Shown: in pieces, positions 53,372 through 62,692 of the stretch
How positions within the stretch are numbered: the stretch's first letter is position 1
Layout of the letters: every line of letters starts with the position of its first letter
Assembly (NCBI GenBank): GCA_963760425.1
Contig: CAVXCY010000001.1
Location: 46,767 to 110,766 of the forward strand
From: an uncultured delta proteobacterium
GTDB taxonomy: Bacteria > Myxococcota > Myxococcia > Myxococcales > Myxococcaceae
Direction of reading: 5' to 3'
DNA length: 64,000 bases
Translations under genes and position numbers: made by a program
The notes under the pieces: generated by a model
Databases searched by the model: none
What the model was told of the DNA's origin: nothing
Seen by the model: the letters and a program-made list of their open reading frames with translations, nothing else

Positions 53372-54622
53372 TCAGCCGCGAGCGTAGCTGCGCCGGTAAT
53401 CCACCGTGCCGGCGTAGCGGAAGGCTCCAGGCGGGGGGGGCGTCCCCAGCGGACGGTCAGCCGGCAGCTCGAGGATGCGCGTGTACTCCTCGACCTCGAT
53501 GCGTTCCCTGTCGGCGAGGACGCGGTCCAGCCCTGCACTGTTGATGGCAGTGGGCGCCCGTGGTCCGACGACACCGGAGAAGAACTCGCTGACGCAGCCG
53601 CTTCCGTAGCTAAAGAGGCCGATGCGTTTCCCCGTCAGCAGGCTCGCCTCCTTGTGGAGGAGGCTGGCCAAGCTGAGGTAGAGCGAGCCGGTGTAGATGT
53701 TCCCGACCCGGGCGGAAAGGCCGAGCGAGGGAGCCACCTGTGCTTCGAAGCTCGCCGCTGCGCGGGGCGTCTCCTCATCCTCGGCGGCCGCGTCCAGCGC
53801 CTTTCCGATTCGGTCTTCGATGTCGCATCGCCGAACCTGGGCGTGTGCCTTCTTCGCCATCTTGCAGAAGGGCACGTGGTAGGCGATGCGCGACAGCTGC
53901 TCCGACGGAACGTCGGCCGACCGAATCAAGTCCCGCCCGAGGGCGCGAGCGCGCCAGCCACGGTAGCTTCCGGAGACTGCTTCCAGGTAGCACTGGATGG
54001 AGTAGTGGCCGTCGACGACGGCTTCCCGCCGCCCGAGGGGCCGCCAGAAGTCGTGAACGTCCATGCTGCAGGTCCCGCTGACGCCCACGTCGAGGGCGAG
54101 CAACTCGGGGGACTCGGACACCAGCATGGCCACTGCCCCCGCTCCCTGCGTCGGTTCACCGGAGGTGTTGAGCCCGTAACGGGCAATGTCCGAGCAGACT
54201 GCGATGCCCACCCGGCCTGCCCCCGCGCCGGAGGCAATCCATTCGGCCACCGAATTGAGAGCGGCTGTCCCGCCGTAGCACGCGTGCTGGCAGTCGAATG
54301 TGCGCATCGTCTGAGGAAAGCGGAGCATTCCCTGCACGTAGGAGGCGACGGCCTTCGAGTGGTCGACACCCGTCTCCGTCCCGACCACCAGCATCCCGAT
54401 GCGGGAGGGGTCCAGGGAGCGGTTCGCGAGGAGTTTCGCCACCGCGGAGGCAGCCAGGGCGGCGGTGTCCTCACCCGGCTCGGCGACGGACATCTCCAGT
54501 CCCCCCAGGCCTTGGGTGTACTTGGCCGGGTCAACGCCTCGCGCTCGAGCGAGGTCGCCGAGGTCGATGTAGCGACGTGGAAGGGCGACGGCGATGGCTT
54601 CGATTCCGACATGCTGCTTCAT
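53372..54622 (-). CDS. mvaS: hydroxymethylglutaryl-CoA synthase
   Basis: GIEAIAVALP, EDTAALAASA, catalytic Cys context FDCQHACYGGTAAL, HDFWRP and GNIYTGSLY. ATG 54622 sits behind an AGGAG; an alternative ATG at 54640 overlaps the aibC stop. Confidence 0.92.
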   Translation of the reverse strand: MKQHVGIEAIAVALPRRYIDLGDLARARGVDPAKYTQGLGGLEMSVAEPGEDTAALAASAVAKLLANRSLDPSRIGMLVVGTETGVDHSKAVASYVQGMLRFPQTMRTFDCQHACYGGTAALNSVAEWIASGAGAGRVGIAVCSDIARYGLNTSGEPTQGAGAVAMLVSESPELLALDVGVSGTCSMDVHDFWRPLGRREAVVDGHYSIQCYLEAVSGSYRGWRARALGRDLIRSADVPSEQLSRIAYHVPFCKMAKKAHAQVRRCDIEDRIGKALDAAAEDEETPRAAASFEAQVAPSLGLSARVGNIYTGSLYLSLASLLHKEASLLTGKRIGLFSYGSGCVSEFFSGVVGPRAPTAINSAGLDRVLADRERIEVEEYTRILELPADRPLGTPPPPGAFRYAGTVDYRRSYARG

Positions 54623-54636
54623 GGCTTCACCACTCC

Positions 54637-55677
54637 TCATGCGGCCGCTCGCGGGACGAGCACGATGCGTCCCGCGACCCCTCGCTGCTCCAGGCGCGTA
54701 TGCGCGAGGGCGGCGTCGGCCAGGGGGAGGGCCTCAGAAATAAACGGTTGGATGGAACGGTCGGCGGTCAGCTTGAGCGCTTCCTCGAGTTCCGCTTGGT
54801 CCGTCGCGAAGGCACCGATGATTTCCAATTCCTTGACGATGACCAGGCCGGGGTTGAGGGTCACGTCGCGTGTCACCAGGTTACCCACGACGACCAAGCG
54901 CCCGCCGGGCGCGATGCATCGCAGCGACTGAGCGAAGGTGGCGCTCCCCACGATTTCCAGGACGACGTGGACGCCGTCGCCGCCGCTGCGCCGGCGGACC
55001 TCCGCGGAAAAGTCGAGGTTGGGTGAGACGATGACCTCGTGCGCACCGGCGGCCTCGAGGGCCTCGACCTTGGAGGCGCTGGACGTCACGGCCAGCACCC
55101 GGGCGCCGTCGAGACGGGCGAGCTGAACGGCAGACAGCCCGACGCCACCACTGGCCCCGGTGACGAGCACTACCTCCCCCGGACGTACTCGGCCTCGTGT
55201 GCGGACCACATGGACCGCCGTTCCGGTGGTGCAACAGGCCGTGGCTGCCGCCTCCCAGGAGAGGCCGGCGGGAACCCGACCCAAGCCAGCCACTGGCGCT
55301 GCCATCAGCGAGGCGTAGCCGCCAGGGATTTCCTCGCCGAAGAAGCGCGCGTCCTTCTTGCAGAGCGTCGGCCGGCCGGAACGGCAGATGGGGCAGTTCC
55401 CACAGGAAAGACGCTGCAACGTCGCCGCACGGTCGCCAACCTTCCATCCGGTGACACCCGGGCCCACCGCGATGACCTCACCGGCGACCTCGTGCCCCAG
55501 GATGGCAGGAACGCTGGTGCGGGGAAGCTGCCCGCGGCGGTTGATGACGTCGTGGTAACAAACGCCACACGCGCGAACTCGGAGAAGGACCTCCCCAGGA
55601 CCGACCGTCGGTTCCGGAACGGATTCCAGCCGGAGGTTTTCCGAGTTTCCAAACGCCCTCAGCACAACCGCATCCAT
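54637..55677 (-). CDS. aibC: medium-chain (zinc-type) dehydrogenase/reductase, AibC-like
   Basis: CGVCYHD, GHEVAGEV and VTGASGGVGLSAVQLA. Its position between the CoA-transferase-like pair and mvaS matches the M. xanthus aib operon. Confidence 0.85.
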   Translation of the reverse strand: MDAVVLRAFGNSENLRLESVPEPTVGPGEVLLRVRACGVCYHDVINRRGQLPRTSVPAILGHEVAGEVIAVGPGVTGWKVGDRAATLQRLSCGNCPICRSGRPTLCKKDARFFGEEIPGGYASLMAAPVAGLGRVPAGLSWEAAATACCTTGTAVHVVRTRGRVRPGEVVLVTGASGGVGLSAVQLARLDGARVLAVTSSASKVEALEAAGAHEVIVSPNLDFSAEVRRRSGGDGVHVVLEIVGSATFAQSLRCIAPGGRLVVVGNLVTRDVTLNPGLVIVKELEIIGAFATDQAELEEALKLTADRSIQPFISEALPLADAALAHTRLEQRGVAGRIVLVPRAAA

Positions 55678-55701
55678 GCGTTTCTCCCGGTTGCCCCGCC
55701 G

Positions 55702-56424
55702 TCAACCAACCAACCGCTCTCTAAAGTTGTCCGGGTCCAGCGCACCAATCGCAGCCAGCGCGGCCTCCCCTGGTGCCGCATCCGTCCGGAGGTCCCTAGC
55801 GACCGCGAAGGCGAAGCCAGTCCGCTCGGCGACTTCCACCGGCGTCGTCCAGGCGCGGTGGGATTGCAGACTGGCGCCGTCCGCGCCGACCTGAAACCGC
55901 CCCAAGTCGGTGAGGAGAGGCGTGGGTCGCCCATCGACCGTGGAGGCCACCTGAACCCGCGCCACCAGATTGCGCCGCGTTTGTTTGGGCATCACCAGCA
56001 CTGGTCGTTTCACCCAACGGCGCAGAGCCGCGGCCCCCGCCACGCCGGGCAGCTTCACCGTCGGTCGTTCGAGGGAGCCGGTTGCACTCATGTTCGAGCG
56101 ACCAGCGCCGTCAACCTCTGCCGCACCAAAGAAGATGATGTCGATGCGGCCCCGGCGGGCATGGTCGAACAGGTCGGGGATGCAGATGTCCCCACGCCGA
56201 CGCTCGAGGTAGGCCAGGTCCTCGGATGAGGCGTGAAGTCGTCGAACGTCCGGATTCACTGAGCCGACACAGGCCAGGTAGGTGAGCCGGGGGGCGTGGG
56301 TGGCCTTCGCCAGCGCGATGGCCAGGATGGCAAGCGGAGAGGCGACTCCGGTGGCCACGACGTCCCCGTCGCGGATCTCGGCAGCCATCGCGGCCAGCAA
56401 GGTGTCGGCGCGGGTGGTGGTCAT
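55702..56424 (-). CDS. aibB: glutaconate CoA-transferase subunit B-like protein (AibB-like, 3-methylglutaconyl-CoA decarboxylase subunit)
   Basis: CoA-transferase family I beta-like sequence (DGDVVATGVASPL..IDIIFFGAAEVD). Operon position supports the call. Confidence 0.82.
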   Translation of the reverse strand: MTTTRADTLLAAMAAEIRDGDVVATGVASPLAILAIALAKATHAPRLTYLACVGSVNPDVRRLHASSEDLAYLERRRGDICIPDLFDHARRGRIDIIFFGAAEVDGAGRSNMSATGSLERPTVKLPGVAGAAALRRWVKRPVLVMPKQTRRNLVARVQVASTVDGRPTPLLTDLGRFQVGADGASLQSHRAWTTPVEVAERTGFAFAVARDLRTDAAPGEAALAAIGALDPDNFRERLVG

Positions 56425-57230
56425 GCAGCATCCAGGGCGCCGGCCGCGCCGATTCGACGTGTCAGGTACTGTGCCGCAGCGCCCTGCGCGGCGAGCGCGA
56501 GGTACTCGAGGAGGTCGGCCTCATCGTGTGGGTAAAGACCGGCGGACCCGGTGGGCAGCGCTCCACCCCAGACCTCGGCGACCGCCTCGACCTGAAACGC
56601 CGGCAGGCTGACGCGGGGAAGCCGGTCGAGGCGACGGTCAGCGGTGGCCAGGACACGGCGCGCGGCGGCCGCCATCAACAAGTCGGTCGTGGGGTCCTCG
56701 AAGAACAGATTTCCCTCGGCGTCGGCGGCCTGTGCGTGCAGCAGCGCGACGTCCGGGGCCACCGCCCGCTCGACGGGAACGGTCTCGCCGGTGAATGGGT
56801 CGACCACGACGGCCGGTGGATCCAGGCTCGCCAACTCCGAGTGCTCGGCATCCGGGGCCGGCAAGAAGGGGAGCCCCATGGCCGAGGCGCGCAGGCGCTG
56901 GACGACGCGGTAACCGTCCATCTCCGCCCAAGAGATGGTCCCCGCCTCGATGGCCGCCTTGAGGCAAGGCATGGGGCGGACGCGTCCGCCCAAGGTGAGC
57001 GCCGAAAAGGCGAATTCCACCCGGCTCGCCGCACCGGCGGCGACCAGCATCTCCGCCGGCAGGGGATTGGGAAGTGAGAGCACCCGGAGGTCCCGTCGGC
57101 CCTGCCGAATGAGCTCGAAGACCAGCGCCATCGGCGCCCGGCCAAGCATGAAGCCGCCGGGAGCCAGGAGCGAACCGTCCGGGACGCTGCCGGCCAAGTC
57201 GGCCAGAGTGGTCCAGCGAGTGACACTCAT
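56421..57230 (-). CDS. aibA: glutaconate CoA-transferase subunit A-like protein (AibA-like)
   Basis: ATG 57230 (MSVTRWTTLADLA..). CoA-transferase alpha-like sequence. ATGA overlaps with both neighbouring genes. Confidence 0.82.
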   Translation of the reverse strand: MSVTRWTTLADLAGSVPDGSLLAPGGFMLGRAPMALVFELIRQGRRDLRVLSLPNPLPAEMLVAAGAASRVEFAFSALTLGGRVRPMPCLKAAIEAGTISWAEMDGYRVVQRLRASAMGLPFLPAPDAEHSELASLDPPAVVVDPFTGETVPVERAVAPDVALLHAQAADAEGNLFFEDPTTDLLMAAAARRVLATADRRLDRLPRVSLPAFQVEAVAEVWGGALPTGSAGLYPHDEADLLEYLALAAQGAAAQYLTRRIGAAGALDAA

Positions 57231-57832
57231 CGCGCCTCCACCGGAACCAGTCCGTGCAGGAAGAGGTCCACCATGCCGCGGGCGATGGCGGTGTCGGCGA
57301 TGGCGCCGTCCTTGCGGTACCACTTGTAAATCCACAGCACCATGCCGAGAAAGGCGAAGGCGGCGACGGTGGGATTCACTGCTCGGGCCTTGCCTGCCTT
57401 GGTTGCCTCGGCGATGGTTTTCTCCAGAAAGCGCACGTACTTCTTCTTCCGAGCGTCGATTTGGTTGCGGGCGCGGCCCTGGAGCGTGGCGTGCTCGTGC
57501 AGGATGATGGTGACTTCCTTGCTCCAGCCGCGTGTGACGAGAAGGATGTTCTTCTCCATGCAGGCCCGCAGGCGCTCCACTGGGTCGGCAATGGACTCCA
57601 CCTGGCTGAGCACCTGCTCCTCGAAGACATCCATCCCGTAGTTCATGATTTCGAGGAGCAGGTGCTCCTTGCTCTCGATGTGATGGTAGAGGCCGGCTTT
57701 GGTCAGGCCACAGGCATCAGCGATGTCCTGGATGGAGGTGGCCTCATAGCCACGGGCGCAGATGAGCCGCGCAGCGGTCTCGAGGATTTCGCGGTGACGC
57801 TGCTTCGCGTCGTCGGCGGTGCGGGTGCTCAT
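57227..57832 (-). CDS. aibR: TetR-family transcriptional regulator, AibR-like
   Basis: N-terminal HTH ATSIQDIADACGLTKAGLYHHI. First gene of the aib-like operon. Confidence 0.88.
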   Translation of the reverse strand: MSTRTADDAKQRHREILETAARLICARGYEATSIQDIADACGLTKAGLYHHIESKEHLLLEIMNYGMDVFEEQVLSQVESIADPVERLRACMEKNILLVTRGWSKEVTIILHEHATLQGRARNQIDARKKKYVRFLEKTIAEATKAGKARAVNPTVAAFAFLGMVLWIYKWYRKDGAIADTAIARGMVDLFLHGLVPVEAR

Positions 57833-57867
57833 CTCGGCGTTGGCCCTGGAGGGCGTGAAATGCTTAG

Positions 57868-57883
57868 CCTACCGACCGGTAGG
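57868..57883. promoter_or_regulatory. candidate AibR/TetR operator, proximal palindrome
   Basis: CCTACCG-AC-CGGTAGG, 36-51 nt upstream of the aibR ATG. Confidence 0.6.
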
Positions 57884-57893
57884 TATGCAACGA

Positions 57894-57909
57894 CCTACCG
57901 GTCGGTAGG
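57894..57909. promoter_or_regulatory. candidate AibR/TetR operator, distal palindrome
   Basis: CCTACCG-GT-CGGTAGG, the exact reverse complement of the proximal site, 10 bp away. A TTGCAT -35-like hexamer (minus strand) lies between the two sites. Confidence 0.6.
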
Positions 57910-57957
57910 GGCCGGTTTTAACCAGGATGAAGTCGGGCCGGCGCGCCTTGCGCACCA

Positions 57958-58632
57958 TCAAGACGCGGGGATTCGGCTGACGAGCTCGCCGAGCGAGGCA
58001 ACGACCAGGTCCGGCTCAGCGATGCCCCAGCCTTCCCAGGGGGTCTGGCTCTGACGGCGAACCCAAGCCGCTCGCAGGCCCGCCGACTTCGCTCCAAGGA
58101 CGTCCCAGGCGTTGGCCGACACCAGCCAGGTGCCGTCGGCCGCCGCACCGCCGCGGGCCAGCAGGTGCAGGTACACGGCCGGGTCCGGCTTGTAGCTGCG
58201 GACGTCGTCGACGCTCACCACCCCCGCCAGGGGCGGCAGAAGCCTCGCCTGTGAAAGTAGCTTGCGCAGCGACGCCTCGACGCCATTCGAGAAGGCCACC
58301 AGGGCGTGCCCGTCGGCCTCGAGGGCGACGAGGCCCGCTCGTGCGTCCGGGAAGGCGGGCAAGTCGAGGTACGCGCTGAGCAACTCGCCCTCGGCGGCAC
58401 TGGACAGCGTCACGCCGAGGAGTCGAGCGGTGAAGTGCAGGGCATCGCGGGTGACGACGTCGAAGTTGGCGTACCTCCGCATCAGCGCGCGTCGAAAGCA
58501 CGAGTCCAGCTGGTGCTGGCGCCAGGTGGTGGCGAAGCGCAGTGCCAGCTCGCCGACGTGGGCCTGAAGAGGGCCTTCCATGCCGAGGGGGTCGACGAGC
58601 GTGCCGTAGACGTCAAAACCGATGAAAGCCAT
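57958..58632 (-). CDS. haloacid dehalogenase type II / HAD-superfamily hydrolase
   Basis: MAFIGFDVYGTLVD (DxYGT), SNG.. and SYKPDPAVY, VSANAWDVLGA. ATG 58632 chosen inside the longer ORF. Confidence 0.85.
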   Translation of the reverse strand: MAFIGFDVYGTLVDPLGMEGPLQAHVGELALRFATTWRQHQLDSCFRRALMRRYANFDVVTRDALHFTARLLGVTLSSAAEGELLSAYLDLPAFPDARAGLVALEADGHALVAFSNGVEASLRKLLSQARLLPPLAGVVSVDDVRSYKPDPAVYLHLLARGGAAADGTWLVSANAWDVLGAKSAGLRAAWVRRQSQTPWEGWGIAEPDLVVASLGELVSRIPAS

Positions 58633-58866
58633 TTGAAGCTGTCTCCGTACCAGACCCTCGGGGCCTCCGGGTGAGGGCCGTGCCCCGAACCGTTCTGGAG
58701 CCAACTATGAAGGGGGCACCAACGGGAAGCCGAGAGGTGTGCAGTGGTCGAGTCGCAAAGGCGCGCTGCTTCTCCCCTGAGGCCTCCCAAGGAGCAGGCC
58801 GGAGCAAAACGCCGGGCCGCTGCGACCTGGCGCCGCCCCAGGCTGGGTGGAAGCCCCAGCTGGAGG

Positions 58867-61371
58867 TCAGAGTTGGATGTCGACCGGCTGGATGCCCCAG
58901 ATGTCGCGCGCGTATTCGCGAATGGTCCGGTCGGATGAAAAGCGGCCGACCCGCGCCATGTTGAGAATCGCCATCCGGGTCCAGTCCTCGGTCTTCAAAT
59001 ACGCGCGCACGATGCGGCTGTGGGCCTCGACGTACGCGCGGAAGTCGGCCAGTACCAGAAAGCGGTCCTCGTCGAGCAACGCATCGACGAGCGGCCGGAA
59101 GGCGCTTGGGTCCTCCGGCGAAAAAAAGCCAGATGCCACGAGGTCCAGCACCGCTTTGAGCTCAGCGTCCTGCCCGACCAAGTCCCGCGGGCGGTAGCCC
59201 TTGGCCAGCGTTGCCTCGACTTGGTCGGCGGTGAGCCCGAAGAGAAAGAAGTTCTCCGGCCCGACTGCCTCCCGAATCTCAATGTTCGCGCCGTCCAGCG
59301 TTCCGAGGGTCAGGGCGCCATTCAGCGCAAACTTCATGTTGCCCGTCCCCGATGCCTCCTTGCCGGCGGTCGAGATTTGCTCCGACACGTCGGCCGCCGG
59401 GATGATGCGCTCTGCCAGGGAGACGCGGTAGTTGGGAAGAAACACGACTTGGATGCCGGTACGACCGGCATCCGCATTCACCACTTCACCGATGCCGTTG
59501 ATGAGCCGGATGGTCGACTTCGCCAGCTGATACCCGGGTGCTGCCTTGGCTCCAAACAAGAAGGTTTGCGGGTGGACGACCGCCGAAGCCCTTTCCCGAG
59601 CCCGCATCCACAGCCAGACCACGTGCAGCGCGTTGAGGAGCTGACGCTTGTACTCGTGAAGCCGTTTCACCTGAACGTCGAAGATGGCCGAGGTGTTCAA
59701 CTGAAGGCCCATCTCTTCGCGAACGTGGGTTGCGAGGCGCTTCTTGTTCTCCAGCTTCACGCGACGGAACTGCTCGGCGAAGTCGCGGTCCGTCGCCAGA
59801 GGCTCCAGAGCTCTCAGCTGGTCGAGGTCTGTGACCCAACCCGGTCCAATGCGACTGGTCACGAGCTCCGCCAGCGCTGGGTTGCAGAGCAGCAGCCACC
59901 GGCGCGGGGTGACCCCGTTCGTCTTGTTGTTGAACTTGCCCGGGAACATCTCCGCGAAGTCCGGCATCACGTCGCGCTTCAGTAGCTCGGTGTGAAGAGC
60001 AGCAACGCCGTTGACGCTGTGACTGCCCACGACTGCCAGGTTGGCCATCCGGACCTTCTTCTCTGGCCCCTCCTCGACGAACGACATTCGCCGTTGCCGG
60101 TCGACGTCGAAGGGGTACTTGATTTGGACGGTCCGCAAGAAGCGCTGGTTAATTTCGTAGATGATTTCGAGATGTCGAGGCAGAAGCCGCTCGAAGAGGC
60201 TGACCGGCCAGACCTCGAGCGCCTCGGCCAGCAGCGTGTGGTTGGTGTAACCCATCACCCTCACGGTGATGTCCCAAGCGGTCTCCGGCGGCAGGCCCTG
60301 CTCGTCCACCAGCAGACGTAGCAATTCTGGGACGGCGACGGCCGGGTGCGTGTCGTTGAGTTGAACGGCAACGAAGCGAGGCAAGTCGCGGAGGTCTCGC
60401 GGCTTCTTGAGGAAGCGGCGGAGGAGGTCGGCCAGAGCGCAGGCGACGAAAAAATACTCCTGCTTCAGACGGAGCTCTTTGCCGGCTTGAAAGTTGTCGT
60501 TGGGGTAGAGGACCTTGGAGATGGTCTCCGAGTCGTTCTTCTCGACCACGCTGCGCTCGTAGTCGCCGGCATTGAAGAGCCGAAAGTCGAACTCGCCCGA
60601 AGCGCGCGCCTGCCAGAGGCGGAGCGTGTTCACGGTGTTGGTGCCGTAGCCGGCGACGGGCGTGTCGTACGGAATCCCAAGCACGGTCTTGCCGTCCACC
60701 CACCGGGCGACGGGAGAGCCGTCGGGGCGCGTCCCATGCTCGACCCGCCCGTACAGGCGCACGGGGACGCTCAGTTCAGGTCGGACGATTTCCCAGGGGT
60801 TGCCGAACTTGAGCCACTCGTCGGCCCGCTCCACCTGGTGCCCGCTGATGATGTCCTGGGTGAAGATGCCGAACTCGTAGCGGATGCCGTACCCCAGGCC
60901 GGGATAACCCAGCGTCGCCATCGAGTCGAGGAAGCAGGCGGCGAGCCGGCCCAAACCGCCGTTACCGAGGCCAGCGTCGGCTTCGACCTCGAGCAGGTCC
61001 TCCAGCGACACCCCCAGCTCCGAAAGCGCCGTCCGGGCTGCATCCATCAGCCCGAGGGCCATCAGGTTGTTGCCCAGGGCGCGGCCGAGCAGGTACTCGG
61101 CGCTCAGGTAGCAGACGCGCTTGACGTCCTGCTCGTGGTAGGTGCGCTGGGTTGCCACCCACCGCTCGGTGAGGCGGTCACGGACAGCCATGGCGATGGC
61201 CATGAAGCGGTCTAGGCCCGTCGCGGTCTTCCATCCCTTGGCCCGGGTGTAACTGACGTGGGCCAGGAAGCTGCGTTGAAAATGGAGGGGGTCGTTCCTG
61301 AGGCGGGGCGCCTCCGGGATGGCGCTACCATCGCCTCCGGCTGACGTTGGAAGAGGGGTGACCTGTGCCAT
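58867..61371 (-). CDS. glgP: glycogen/maltodextrin phosphorylase
   Basis: YLSAEYLLGRALGNNL, and PLP-Lys region EASGTGNMKFALNGALTLGTLDGANIE. 834 aa. Confidence 0.95.
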   Translation of the reverse strand: MAQVTPLPTSAGGDGSAIPEAPRLRNDPLHFQRSFLAHVSYTRAKGWKTATGLDRFMAIAMAVRDRLTERWVATQRTYHEQDVKRVCYLSAEYLLGRALGNNLMALGLMDAARTALSELGVSLEDLLEVEADAGLGNGGLGRLAACFLDSMATLGYPGLGYGIRYEFGIFTQDIISGHQVERADEWLKFGNPWEIVRPELSVPVRLYGRVEHGTRPDGSPVARWVDGKTVLGIPYDTPVAGYGTNTVNTLRLWQARASGEFDFRLFNAGDYERSVVEKNDSETISKVLYPNDNFQAGKELRLKQEYFFVACALADLLRRFLKKPRDLRDLPRFVAVQLNDTHPAVAVPELLRLLVDEQGLPPETAWDITVRVMGYTNHTLLAEALEVWPVSLFERLLPRHLEIIYEINQRFLRTVQIKYPFDVDRQRRMSFVEEGPEKKVRMANLAVVGSHSVNGVAALHTELLKRDVMPDFAEMFPGKFNNKTNGVTPRRWLLLCNPALAELVTSRIGPGWVTDLDQLRALEPLATDRDFAEQFRRVKLENKKRLATHVREEMGLQLNTSAIFDVQVKRLHEYKRQLLNALHVVWLWMRARERASAVVHPQTFLFGAKAAPGYQLAKSTIRLINGIGEVVNADAGRTGIQVVFLPNYRVSLAERIIPAADVSEQISTAGKEASGTGNMKFALNGALTLGTLDGANIEIREAVGPENFFLFGLTADQVEATLAKGYRPRDLVGQDAELKAVLDLVASGFFSPEDPSAFRPLVDALLDEDRFLVLADFRAYVEAHSRIVRAYLKTEDWTRMAILNMARVGRFSSDRTIREYARDIWGIQPVDIQL

Positions 61372-61443
61372 CGCGCAGGCGACTGTACCGGGCCTGTCGG
61401 CTCTTCGCGACGGTTGCCGGCGCCCCAGCTGGCGTGGCGTTCC

Positions 61444-62634
61444 TCAGGGCAGACTGACCACCGCCGGGGGGACCAGCGGCCGGGCCCGGGTCGCCATCGA
61501 CGCGGCGTCCAGCTGGGTGGCCATGGGCCGGAGCTTCTCCCGGAAGTCGGCGAGCAGCTTGGGCGGGACTGGCTCAGCGCGGGGGAACTTCTGATTGAGC
61601 GGATTGACGAAGGCGCCCCCCCGCTTCAGTGCGTAGTGCAGGTGAGGTCCCGTGGTGCGGCCCGTGTTGCCCGACAGAGCGATGACTTGCTTCTGCGTTA
61701 CGTGTGCGCCGACACGGACACCGGCGCCGAACGAGGACAAATGCAGGTAGCAAGTCTCAAGCCCGTTGTGGTGGCGTAAACACAATGTGTTTCCGCCAGC
61801 GCCCGTATCACCTGCCACCGTCACCACGCCGTCCGCGACGGCCCACACGGGCGTTCCCACGGCCGCCGCATAGTCCACCCCCTGATGGGCGGCGAGGTAC
61901 TGCAGCACCGGGTGAAAGCGGTTCCCGAAGCCGGACGTCACGTGTGCGAATTTGAGCGGGCTCTTGAGGAAGGCCTTGCGGGTCGAGGTCCCGTCCTCCT
62001 GGAAATAGCTCCAATCGCCGTCCGGGAGTTGGTAGCGGAAGACCCGTCGGTGACCGACGGTCTCACCGTGGTAGTCGGCAGCCAGAACCTCGCCATAGCG
62101 CAGCAGCCGTCCCTTGGAGACGTACTTCTCGACCAAGCAACCCACCCGGTCGCCCTTTCGAACGTCGAGGTAGAAGTCGATGTCCCAGGCAAAGACGTCA
62201 GCCAGGGCCAGTGCCAGGGTCGGGTCCTCGCCTGCGGCCAGGGCCGCCTCGTAGAGGGAGCTGCCCACTTCGAGTTGCACGCGGACGACCGTCTTCTCCA
62301 CCTCGACCGCGCGCTTGCTGGCGACCAGGCGGTCGCCTTCCCGGCGCACTTGCCATTCGTCCACTGCGCCTTGCCGGTAGTCAAAGTAGTCCAGCTCGCC
62401 GTCGCGCAGAACGAGGCGCAGCTGGTCGCCTTCCCGCGACTTGCGGACGTCGAACACGCCCTCCAGGGCGGCGAGGGCCCGGTCCGCCGCCTGGCCGTCG
62501 AGCCCGGCGTCCCGAAGGGCCCGGGCCAGAATCTGATTCCGCTCGACGCGTCGGTTGACGACGCGGGTCGCTCCGGGGCTCGGAAGTGCGAGAAGCAGGG
62601 CGAGGAGAAGAGCGGCGCGTCCGGGAAGAGTCAT
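61444..62634 (-). CDS. M23-family metallopeptidase with N-terminal OapA/Csd3-like region
   Basis: Signal peptide, HQGVDYAA and SGNTGRTTGPHLHYAL. Confidence 0.88.
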   Translation of the reverse strand: MTLPGRAALLLALLLALPSPGATRVVNRRVERNQILARALRDAGLDGQAADRALAALEGVFDVRKSREGDQLRLVLRDGELDYFDYRQGAVDEWQVRREGDRLVASKRAVEVEKTVVRVQLEVGSSLYEAALAAGEDPTLALALADVFAWDIDFYLDVRKGDRVGCLVEKYVSKGRLLRYGEVLAADYHGETVGHRRVFRYQLPDGDWSYFQEDGTSTRKAFLKSPLKFAHVTSGFGNRFHPVLQYLAAHQGVDYAAAVGTPVWAVADGVVTVAGDTGAGGNTLCLRHHNGLETCYLHLSSFGAGVRVGAHVTQKQVIALSGNTGRTTGPHLHYALKRGGAFVNPLNQKFPRAEPVPPKLLADFREKLRPMATQLDAASMATRARPLVPPAVVSLP

Positions 62635-62692
62635 CGGGGGCTTGGCCCTCCACTGTACCGGAGTCGTCCCCGGGCGCCCAGAAACCTCAGCT

